A DNA stretch of 60,535 bases, filler included. It is 7 parts of 7 records of this genome, joined end to end, with 100 filler letters (N's around TTAATTAATTAA, not from the genome) between each part and the next. Parts side by side here need not be neighbours in the genome. Positions count along the whole stretch, not along the records: positions 50,170 to 60,535 come from SRR31147125_6679; 6 more parts are not named here. One strand, given 5' to 3'. The first letter of the stretch is position 1, and each line of letters opens with the position of its first letter. Position numbers and translations under genes: made by a program. Below are positions 53,114 to 60,535 of the stretch, one piece after another. The notes beneath the pieces are model-generated. The model was given only the letters and a program-made list of their open reading frames with translations. It had not been told where the DNA came from and did no database searches.

Positions 53114-54452
53114 CGTAATTTTCATCGATGACGAAAAACATATCCGGCAGGCAAATATCCAGACCCTCGAGCTTGCCGGTATGACCGTGCAAAGTTTTGA
53201 GAATGCCGAGGAGGGATTTGCGGCCCTCAACGAGGACTGGCCCGGAGTCGTTGTATGCGATATCCGCCTTCCCGGTATGGACGGCCTTGAATTTCTGGTC
53301 CAGTCACGATCCGTCGACCCGGATCTCCCGGTTATCCTGATCACCGGTCATGGAGACATTTCGACTGCCGTACAGGCTATTCGCGACGGCGCCTACGACT
53401 TTATAGAGAAACCCTATTCGGCGGAACGGTTGGTCAAAACCGTACAGCGAGCGCTGGAAAAACGGATACTGACCCTGGAAAACAGGAATTTACGAAAAGC
53501 GCTCGAGGCACAAAAAACGCCGGGACCGCGGATCATTGGCAAGACCCCCGAAATTGAGGCCTTGCGTTCTACTATCGCCCAGGTTGCTGACACGGGTGCG
53601 GATGTGCTCATTGCCGGCGAAACCGGTACAGGCAAAGAGCTGGTGGCGCGGTCTCTGCACGAGTTGAGCAGCAGAAAACGGAAAAATTTCGTTGCGGTTA
53701 ATTGCGGAGCCGTGTCCGCAGCGCTGATCGAGAGTGAATTGTTCGGACACGAAGCCGGGTCATTCACGGATGCACGGGAACAGCGGATCGGCAAATTCGA
53801 GTATGCCAACGGGGGAACGATTTTTCTCGACGAGATCGAATCGATGCCGCTTCCCGTGCAGGTTCACCTGCTGCGCGTGCTGCAGGAAAGAATGGTTGAA
53901 AGGATCGGAAGTAATCAGCCCATTCCGCTTGATATCAGGGTTATTGCCGCAACCAAGCGCGATCTCAGGAAGATGGCCGCAGACAACGCATTCAGGGAGG
54001 ATCTCTACTATCGGCTCAACGTTGTTCGCCTGAGGCTTCCACCGCTGCGTGAACGCCGCGAGGATATCGGGCTGCTGTTCCACCATTTTGTTCTCGTAGC
54101 CGCACATCGTTACCAGCAGGAGATCCCGCTGCCTGACGCGAGCCAGATGCAGGTACTGATCGGACATTCGTGGCCCGGCAATGTCAGGGAACTGCGAAAT
54201 ATTGCGGAGCGATATGTACTGCTGGGCGCACAAAATGACTGGCAGCTGGACAAGCTGATGTCATCATCGATCTCCTCGGAACACTCAAGCCTTGCGAAGC
54301 AGGTAGAGATCTTCGAAAAAAGTATCATCGAGCAGGCCCTTGTCTCCAGTAACGGGTCTATCAAGAAAGCAATGGAGCAGCTTTCAATTCCCCGTAAGAC
54401 ACTGTCTGACAAGATGCGCAAACACGGCCTCGACAAAAAAGACTACAAGTAG
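53106..54452 (+). CDS. dctD: sigma54-dependent response regulator DctD
   Basis: Receiver domain, GETGTGKE, ESELFGHEAGSFTDA (GAFTGA variant), WPGNVRELRN and a Fis-type HTH. Confidence 0.92.
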   Translation: MNNVIFIDDEKHIRQANIQTLELAGMTVQSFENAEEGFAALNEDWPGVVVCDIRLPGMDGLEFLVQSRSVDPDLPVILITGHGDISTAVQAIRDGAYDFIEKPYSAERLVKTVQRALEKRILTLENRNLRKALEAQKTPGPRIIGKTPEIEALRSTIAQVADTGADVLIAGETGTGKELVARSLHELSSRKRKNFVAVNCGAVSAALIESELFGHEAGSFTDAREQRIGKFEYANGGTIFLDEIESMPLPVQVHLLRVLQERMVERIGSNQPIPLDIRVIAATKRDLRKMAADNAFREDLYYRLNVVRLRLPPLRERREDIGLLFHHFVLVAAHRYQQEIPLPDASQMQVLIGHSWPGNVRELRNIAERYVLLGAQNDWQLDKLMSSSISSEHSSLAKQVEIFEKSIIEQALVSSNGSIKKAMEQLSIPRKTLSDKMRKHGLDKKDYK

Positions 54453-54469
54453 GAGTTCCCGCCCACACA

Positions 54470-54521
54470 TCGGCGGAATTCCCCTCACACCAGTATGCAC
54501 AATTGGCGGAAAACCGCCAAT
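54470..54521. promoter_or_regulatory. Tandem DctD-type enhancer sites
   Basis: TCGGCGGAATTCCCCTCA (54470-54487) and the palindrome ATTGGCGG-AAAA-CCGCCAAT (54502-54521), about 75-125 bp upstream of the sigma54 site. Confidence 0.65.
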
Positions 54522-54594
54522 CTCTGCCGTCTTCTTTTTTCTCCATTTTACGGAACTACTTGGTATTGCAAAGCTTCACGATCAGCTCCGATAC

Positions 54595-54610
54595 TGGCCT
54601 CAGCTTTGCA
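54595..54610 (+). promoter_or_regulatory. sigma54 (-24/-12) promoter for dctPQM
   Basis: TGGCCTCAGCTTTGCA, which has GG-N10-GC spacing. Confidence 0.75.
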
Positions 54611-54723
54611 GAGAATAATTTGATATTCGGCACAGTCGAAATCGAAAGAGCCCGGACAAGGACTTCCGACCTGTCCGCACCAGCCTGAAGCCAGGCACAA
54701 TCAAGAGTTGAGGAGGATTAGTC

Positions 54724-55713
54724 ATGTTGCAGAAGGTTACCAGAATCCTAGCCGTCACTGCTGTATCTACCATGCTTGCCGTATCGAGTGCCGTGGCTGC
54801 ACCGATTACCATCAAGTTCGCCCATGTTGTTGCGGAAAACACACCGAAAGGCCAGATGGCTAACAAGTTCCGCGATCTGGTTGCAGAGCGTATGGACGGC
54901 AAGGTCGTTGTAGAAGTTTTCCCGAACTCCCAGCTCTTCGGCGATAACAAGGTTCTCGAAGCGATGCTGCTCGGTGACGTGCAGCTGGCCGCTCCAAGTC
55001 TGTCGAAGTTCAGCCGCTATACCAAATCGCTGCAGCTGTTCGATCTACCGTTTCTGTTCAAAGATATAGGCGCCGTTGAAAAATTCCAGAAAAGCGAAGC
55101 CGGCCAGGACCTGCTGATGGCCATGGAGTCAAAAGGTTTGATTGGACTTGGTTATATCCACAACGGCCTCAAGCAGCTGTCTGCCAGCAAGCCGGTTCGG
55201 GTTCCTGCCGACGCCAAGGGCCTGAAGTTCAGGATCCAGGCATCTGACGTTCTCGCGGCCCAGTTCGAGGCGATCCATGCAGTACCGCTGAAAAAGCCGT
55301 TCTCTGAGGTATTCACGCTGCTGCAGACTAAAGCCATCGATGGTCAGGAAAACACCTGGTCGAATATCTATTCCAAAAAATTCTTTGAAGTCCAGGGATA
55401 CATCACCGAATCCAACCACGGCCTGATCGACTACCTGATCGTGACCTCAGCTGAATTCTGGAACTCGATTCCCGACGATATCAGGCCTGAAGTCAAGAAG
55501 GCACTCGACGAAGCTGTCGAATTCGGAAACCAGGTAGCCGCAGAAAAGGCCACCGGCGACCGCCAGAAAGTCATCGACTCCAAGCGATGCGAGTTGATTA
55601 CCCTGACCGATGCCGAGCGCGCCCAGTGGGTCGAGGTAATGAAACCGGTATGGAAACAGTTTGAAGATGAGATCGGCAAAGAGCTGATCGACGCCGCCTA
55701 CGCATCCAACTAG
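54724..55713 (+). CDS. dctP: TRAP transporter solute-binding protein DctP
   Basis: Signal peptide; IKFAHVVAENTPKG, FPNSQL, GLKFRIQ and IDGQENTWSNIY. Confidence 0.93.
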   Translation: MLQKVTRILAVTAVSTMLAVSSAVAAPITIKFAHVVAENTPKGQMANKFRDLVAERMDGKVVVEVFPNSQLFGDNKVLEAMLLGDVQLAAPSLSKFSRYTKSLQLFDLPFLFKDIGAVEKFQKSEAGQDLLMAMESKGLIGLGYIHNGLKQLSASKPVRVPADAKGLKFRIQASDVLAAQFEAIHAVPLKKPFSEVFTLLQTKAIDGQENTWSNIYSKKFFEVQGYITESNHGLIDYLIVTSAEFWNSIPDDIRPEVKKALDEAVEFGNQVAAEKATGDRQKVIDSKRCELITLTDAERAQWVEVMKPVWKQFEDEIGKELIDAAYASN

Positions 55714-55743
55714 GAGCGGACACAACCAGTCAATCAGTGGCTG

Positions 55744-55782
55744 TAATGCGGGTACGCTTCACAATGCAGCGCACCCGCATTA
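55744..55782 (+). other. Intergenic stem-loop after dctP (probable mRNA stabiliser)
   Basis: TAATGCGGGT.CGCT...AGCG.ACCCGCATTA with no U-tract. Confidence 0.55.
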
Positions 55783-55809
55783 AACCTGTTTACTCTCAAG
55801 GGGTCTTCA

Positions 55810-56355
55810 ATGTTTCTTCGAATTCTCAATAAAATTGAGGAGGCGGCAATCTCGATTCTACTGGTCGCGACCACGTTGCTCGTCTTTCTCGATGTTGTTA
55901 TGCGTTTTGGCTTCAGCGCCGGCTTTCTCTGGTCCCAGGAACTGACTCTCCACATGTCTGCCTGGTTTGTACTGCTGGGTGCGTCCTACGGTCTTAAAGT
56001 CGGGGCCCATATTAATATGGATGCGTTCGTCAAGCTGTTCCCCACAACCGGGAGAAAGATCATAACCAGTCTGGCATGTCTGCTTGGATTAGGCTATTGC
56101 GGGCTGGTGATGTACGGCAGCTGGATCTACCTCAAGAAAATGCACATGATCGGTATTGAGCTCGAAGATATCCCTGTTCCGGCATGGCTTGCCCATTCCA
56201 TGCTCCTGTTTGGATTCGTATTTCTTACCATCCGCCTGTTTATCCTCTTGTGGGATGTCGTTTTCGGAGATGGTGACGGGTTTCGCCGCGTGGACGAGGC
56301 CAAGGAGAGTATGGAGATAGTCGAAGAGCTGAAAGGTGAGGAGGTGAAAATATGA
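55810..56355 (+). CDS. dctQ: TRAP small permease DctQ
   Basis: Four TM helices; WSQEL and GAHINMD. Confidence 0.9.
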   Translation: MFLRILNKIEEAAISILLVATTLLVFLDVVMRFGFSAGFLWSQELTLHMSAWFVLLGASYGLKVGAHINMDAFVKLFPTTGRKIITSLACLLGLGYCGLVMYGSWIYLKKMHMIGIELEDIPVPAWLAHSMLLFGFVFLTIRLFILLWDVVFGDGDGFRRVDEAKESMEIVEELKGEEVKI

Positions 56356-57749
56356 CAACCGCCTGCCTGTTCATTCTTCTGTTCAGCTGCATGCTGCTCG
56401 GCATGCCGATCGCTCTTGCCCTCGGTATGTCCAGTATTGCAACTATTCTGATGTTCTCGAACGATTCACTGGCGTCCATCGCACTCAAGCTGTTCGAAGC
56501 GTTATCCGAACACTATACGCTGCTTGCCATTCCGTTCTTTATCCTCTCTTCCGCGTTTCTGTCCACCGGCGGTGTCGCGAAGCGTATCATCCGCTTTGCG
56601 CTGAGTCTGGTCGGACACATCAGCGGCGGGATCGCAATGGCCTCGGTACTCGCCTGCATGATCTTCGCGGCCGTATCCGGTTCTTCTCCGGCCACGGTTG
56701 CCGCCATCGGCTCAATCGTTATCGCCGGTATGGTCAAGGCGGGATATCCGCAGTCAATCGCCGCCGGTGTCATCGCCAACGCGGGAACACTCGGCATCCT
56801 CATTCCCCCGTCGATCGTCATGCTGGTCTATGCAGCCGCCACCGAAGTGTCCGCTGCACGGATGTTCATGGCCGGTTTTATACCGGGAACGATGATGGGG
56901 TTGATGCTGATGATCGTCATCTACTTTGTCGCAAAAATTAAAAAGATTCCATGCCAGCCCTGGGCCGGATTCGGAGAGATCCTGATCTCCGGTTGGAGTG
57001 CGCTGGGGGGATTGATGCTGATCATAATCGTCCTCGGGTCTATTTACGGCGGCATCGCCAGTCCCACCGAGGCGGCATCGGTTTCCGCGGTATACGCATT
57101 TCTTGTTGCGGTGTTCGGCTATCGCGACATGGGGCCCATCAAGAATGTCCCGTGGAGGAAAGAAGGGGAGGGCGTCGTCCAGATGGTATTCAGGAACATC
57201 GGACTGATCATCGTGAACTTCCCCAAGTGCATCACCGATAAAGAGGTCAACAAGGTTCTACTCGATGCAGCGCGGGTAAGCATCATGCTGCTCTTCATCA
57301 TTGCCAACGCGATGCTCTTCGCACACGTCCTGACCACCGAACGCATTCCGCATTTTCTTGCTGAGATTATCGTGGAACTCGGATTGTCACCTTGGATGTT
57401 TCTGGTTGTCGTGAACCTACTGCTGCTTGCAGCCGGTAATTTCATGGAGCCGTCCGCGATTCTGCTGATCATGGCACCGATCCTGTTTCCAATAGCGATG
57501 CAGCTCGGGATTGACCCGATCCATCTTGGCATCATCATGGTCGTCAACATGGAAATCGGCATGCTGACACCGCCTGTCGGACTCAATCTCTTCGTGACCG
57601 CCGGCATCACCGGCAACAGTATCGGCTGGGTCATCAAGGCCGCACTCCCGTGGCTTGGTGTTCTGTTGATCTTTCTCGTTCTTATCACCTATATCCCGCA
57701 GATTTCACTGTTTCTGCCTGAATTCATCGATAAGATGCAGGGTTACTAA
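56352..57749 (+). CDS. dctM: TRAP large permease DctM
   Basis: LLAIPFF, SGSSPAT, GILIPPSI, SPTEAA and GMLTPPVGLNLFV. Confidence 0.95.
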   Translation: MTTACLFILLFSCMLLGMPIALALGMSSIATILMFSNDSLASIALKLFEALSEHYTLLAIPFFILSSAFLSTGGVAKRIIRFALSLVGHISGGIAMASVLACMIFAAVSGSSPATVAAIGSIVIAGMVKAGYPQSIAAGVIANAGTLGILIPPSIVMLVYAAATEVSAARMFMAGFIPGTMMGLMLMIVIYFVAKIKKIPCQPWAGFGEILISGWSALGGLMLIIIVLGSIYGGIASPTEAASVSAVYAFLVAVFGYRDMGPIKNVPWRKEGEGVVQMVFRNIGLIIVNFPKCITDKEVNKVLLDAARVSIMLLFIIANAMLFAHVLTTERIPHFLAEIIVELGLSPWMFLVVVNLLLLAAGNFMEPSAILLIMAPILFPIAMQLGIDPIHLGIIMVVNMEIGMLTPPVGLNLFVTAGITGNSIGWVIKAALPWLGVLLIFLVLITYIPQISLFLPEFIDKMQGY

Positions 57750-57772
57750 AAAAAAACGAATTCATGGTTTTA

Positions 57773-57813
57773 AACGGGGCGGCTGTGGTTACACGGTCGC
57801 TCCGTTCTTTTTT
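57773..57813 (+). terminator. Rho-independent terminator after dctM
   Basis: AACGGGGCGGCTGTG-GTTA-CACGGTCGCTCCGTT followed by CTTTTTT. Confidence 0.75.
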
Positions 57814-57908
57814 CCTCGTCACTACTGGCAAATAGCCCACTCAGCCTTATTATTAGCTCACGTAAAACAGCAAGCAGCGCAACAGAACAACACCTAGCGA
57901 GGATTACC

Positions 57909-58406
57909 ATGCCCACATTGCCGGATATCAAAACCATTCTCTATGCCACTGATCTCGGTGGTGACCACACAATACCCGTCTTCAGATCTGCCCTGAGTAT
58001 CGCCCGGAAATACGACGCGAATATCGTCATGGTCCATGTCGTTGAACCGATGAGTCCCGCTATCCAGGCAGTTGTCGACACCTATCTTACCGAATTCGAT
58101 GCGACCAAGGTATACCAGGATGGCATGAAATCAGTTCTCGACACGATGAAATCACGCTTGAAAGCATTCTGTGAGAAGGAACTCGGCACCCACGATGTCG
58201 AGAACGTCAATGTGAAAGAGATGCTTATCGTCAGCGGTAAAACAAGCGAAGAGATCGTCAGGGTCGCCGAAACACATTGCGCGGATCTGATTGTTATTGG
58301 GAAATCCACGCGCAATATCATGGGCTCGGATGTGGTCGGCTCCGCTGCCCGCAGAGTTCCGCGCTATACCAACATACCCGTTCTCATTATACCGAATGTC
58401 ACATGA
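57909..58406 (+). CDS. Universal stress protein
   Basis: ILYATDL, MVHVVEP and ADLIVIG...GSAARRV....IPVLIIP. Confidence 0.9.
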   Translation: MPTLPDIKTILYATDLGGDHTIPVFRSALSIARKYDANIVMVHVVEPMSPAIQAVVDTYLTEFDATKVYQDGMKSVLDTMKSRLKAFCEKELGTHDVENVNVKEMLIVSGKTSEEIVRVAETHCADLIVIGKSTRNIMGSDVVGSAARRVPRYTNIPVLIIPNVT

Positions 58407-58419
58407 TGAAACATCGTCC

Positions 58420-59355
58420 ATGAAACCAACTCTCGAAGTGACCCTCGCGTCGCCACGCGGTTTCTGTGCAGGAGTCGTACGGGCGATAGAAACGGTAAAG
58501 TTGACCCTGCGAACGCACGGCGCACCCGTTTATGTGCTGCACGAGATCGTGCACAACAAGCACGTGATATCTGAGCTCGAGGCAGAGGGTGCCGTTTTCA
58601 TTAATGAACTGACAGACATACCGCGAGGAGAGGTCTGCATCTTTTCAGCACATGGCGTTTCTGCCGCCGTCGAACAACAGGTAGGCCAACTCGGGTTGCG
58701 GGCGATCGACGCGACGTGCCCGCTCGTGACATCGATTCACCAGATGGTCGAGCGCTATCACGCCCAGGGCTTCGATGTAATCATTATCGGGCACCACGGT
58801 CACCCGGAGGTTGTCGGGACGGCAGGCAGGGTCCCCAGCCGTGTTTATGTGGTAGCAAACGAAGAGGAGGCACAGAATATCCAGGTCTGCGATCCTTTGA
58901 AAACCGCATATGTGACCCAGACTACACTGAGTCAGGGTGATGTTTTCAATATCAAGTCGATTCTTGAAAAGCGCTTTTCTACCATAAGGGGACCAAAAAA
59001 GTCGAATATCTGCTACGCCACCCAGAACCGGCAGAACACGGTGATGGAGCTCGCCCGAACCAACGATCTGATTCTCGTGGTCGGATCAAATAACAGTTCG
59101 AACTCCAATCGACTCAGAGATGTGGCCCGCAAATCAGGAGGTCTCAGTTATCTCATCGATGACAGTTCCGATATCGATCCCCGGTGGCTTGAAGACATCA
59201 CTCGAGTCGGGATAACTGCCGGCGCATCGGCACCGGAACGGCTTGTTGAAGGCGTGCTCGACTGGCTCAGGAAACACGCTGACGTGACACGTGTCACGGA
59301 GATGGAAGAGAGTGAGGAGCGGATCAGTTTCAAACCGGCGACATTTTCCGGGTAG
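58420..59355 (+). CDS. ispH: 4-hydroxy-3-methylbut-2-enyl diphosphate reductase
   Basis: SPRGFCAGV, HEIVHN, SAHGV, DATCPLV, TQTTLS, ICYATQNRQ, SSNSNRL and GITAGASAP. ATG 58420 is preferred over the track start at 58291. Confidence 0.95.
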   Translation: MKPTLEVTLASPRGFCAGVVRAIETVKLTLRTHGAPVYVLHEIVHNKHVISELEAEGAVFINELTDIPRGEVCIFSAHGVSAAVEQQVGQLGLRAIDATCPLVTSIHQMVERYHAQGFDVIIIGHHGHPEVVGTAGRVPSRVYVVANEEEAQNIQVCDPLKTAYVTQTTLSQGDVFNIKSILEKRFSTIRGPKKSNICYATQNRQNTVMELARTNDLILVVGSNNSSNSNRLRDVARKSGGLSYLIDDSSDIDPRWLEDITRVGITAGASAPERLVEGVLDWLRKHADVTRVTEMEESEERISFKPATFSG

Positions 59356-59451
59356 CCGATACGTCCCTTGCTATGCGGTGTGGTTCCGGCCAGAAATGAG
59401 AGTCGGTGCTGCTGCCGATTCATCGTTGAACCGGCGCAGCACGATAAGACC

Positions 59452-60535
59452 TCAGGCAATAGCTTCCTTGATACGGTCCAGAGCCGTCGCCACGTTTTCG
59501 CGTGAATTAAACGCGGACAACCGGATATAGCCTTCACCGCATGTCCCGAATCCCGCTCCCGGTGTGCAGACAACGCCAGCCTTGTCGAGCAGCAGATCGA
59601 AGAATGCCCACGAGTCCTGGCCGCCTTCGATCCAGATGTACGGAGAGTTATCACCGCCAACGCAGTTGTAGCCGAGTCCGCTCATTTCCTGTCTGATTAA
59701 CCGGGCATTCTCCATATAATAGTCTACCAGCGCATCGGACTGTTTTTTCCCTTCCTCACTGTAGAGCGCTTCCGCAGCGCGCTGAACGGGATATGAAACG
59801 CCGTTGAACTTTGTACAGTGACGCCGGTTCCACAATGCGTGGAGCGATTGGGACGTTCCGTCCGCGGCGAAGGCCCTGCAGGCTTTCGGCACGACCGTGT
59901 ATGCACAGCGAGTACCGGTGAAACCGCCGTTTTTGGAAAAGCTGCGAAACTCTATCGCGACCTCTTCAGCACCATCGATCTCGTATATGGATCGCGGCAG
60001 CGAGTCGTCTCGTATAAATGCGGCATAGGCCGCATCGTAGAGGATCAGCGCATTGTTTTCCCGGGCGTAATCCACCCACGTCTTCAACTCGTCTTTGGTG
60101 ATCATCGAGCCGGTCGGGTTGTTTGGAAAACAGAGATAGATCAGGTCGACGTCTTCGGTCGGCAGCGCCGGAATGAAGTTGTTCTCCCGGGTGGCGTCGA
60201 GATAGACGATGCCGCTGTAGCGACCATCTGAGTACCCACCGGTCCTGCCCGCCATCACGTTCGTATCGAGGTATACGGGATAAACCGGGTCCGGAATCGC
60301 AATCGTGATATCGGTGCTGAACAGTTCCTGGATATTACCGGAATCGCACTTCGCCCCGTCACTGACAAAGATTTCGTCGGCGTCGATCCGGGCGCCCCGC
60401 GACACGAAATCGTTTGCCGCTATTACTGCCCTGAGAAATTCGTAGCCCTGCTCGGGTCCATACCCCCTGAATTGATCCTCCTGTGCCATCTCGTCGACTG
60501 CCTTGTGAAACGCGTCTATGCAGGCAGGTGGCAAC
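59452..60535 (-). CDS. dapL: LL-diaminopimelate aminotransferase, 5' end outside the window
   Basis: [49 protein letters not shown] and [10 protein letters not shown]. Confidence 0.95.
   Translation of the reverse strand, partial: LPPACIDAFHKAVDEMAQEDQFRGYGPEQGYEFLRAVIAANDFVSRGARIDADEIFVSDGAKCDSGNIQELFSTDITIAIPDPVYPVYLDTNVMAGRTGGYSDGRYSGIVYLDATRENNFIPALPTEDVDLIYLCFPNNPTGSMITKDELKTWVDYARENNALILYDAAYAAFIRDDSLPRSIYEIDGAEEVAIEFRSFSKNGGFTGTRCAYTVVPKACRAFAADGTSQSLHALWNRRHCTKFNGVSYPVQRAAEALYSEEGKKQSDALVDYYMENARLIRQEMSGLGYNCVGGDNSPYIWIEGGQDSWAFFDLLLDKAGVVCTPGAGFGTCGEGYIRLSAFNSRENVATALDRIKEAIA

Noticed and set aside
58291-58419. N-terminal extension of IspH overlapping the USP gene
   Set aside because: IspH similarity begins at ATG 58420; the extension is an ORF-caller artefact.
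50378-60231. Long antisense ORFs over hisF, dctBD, dctPQM and dapL
   Set aside because: They lie opposite conserved genes and are explained by codon bias.

Overview
This window is not one locus. It is seven unrelated contig fragments joined by six artificial 100-bp spacers (N44-TTAATTAATTAA-N44). (1) 1-12587, AT-rich, probably a spirochaete: a 5'-truncated group II intron remnant, then a ROK-regulated sugar/polyol catabolic cluster (two PfkB kinases, class II aldolase, three dehydrogenases, ribose-type ABC transporter, URO-D-like protein). (2) 12688-24462: a SusD-less PUL-like locus with a TonB-dependent receptor, a secreted FN3/T9SS-CTD-like protein, a PorV/PorQ-like barrel and a GH92, opposite a membrane-anchored HTH regulator. 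This is the most interesting candidate system. (3) 24563-29958: LPS genes (lpxK, Trm112/YcaR, glycosyltransferases, pyruvyl transferase, kdkA). (4) 30059-36931, Clostridia-like: NlpC/P60 autolysin, PerR-like regulator/desulfoferrodoxin/rubrerythrin, clostripain lipoprotein, cyclophilin, ychF. (5) 37032-43466: a multi-gene phosphorelay and an M20 amidohydrolase. (6) 43567-50069: AraC-GyrI, CE4 deacetylase, URO-D-like protein, DinB, and an orphan gluzincin with a membrane partner. (7) 50170-60535, Desulfobacterota-like: His7-type hisF, dctBD, sigma54 dctPQM, USP, ispH, dapL. Many split ORFs break at homopolymer runs and are probably sequencing indels. All family calls come from motif recognition by eye; no database searches were run, and the taxonomic labels are inferences.
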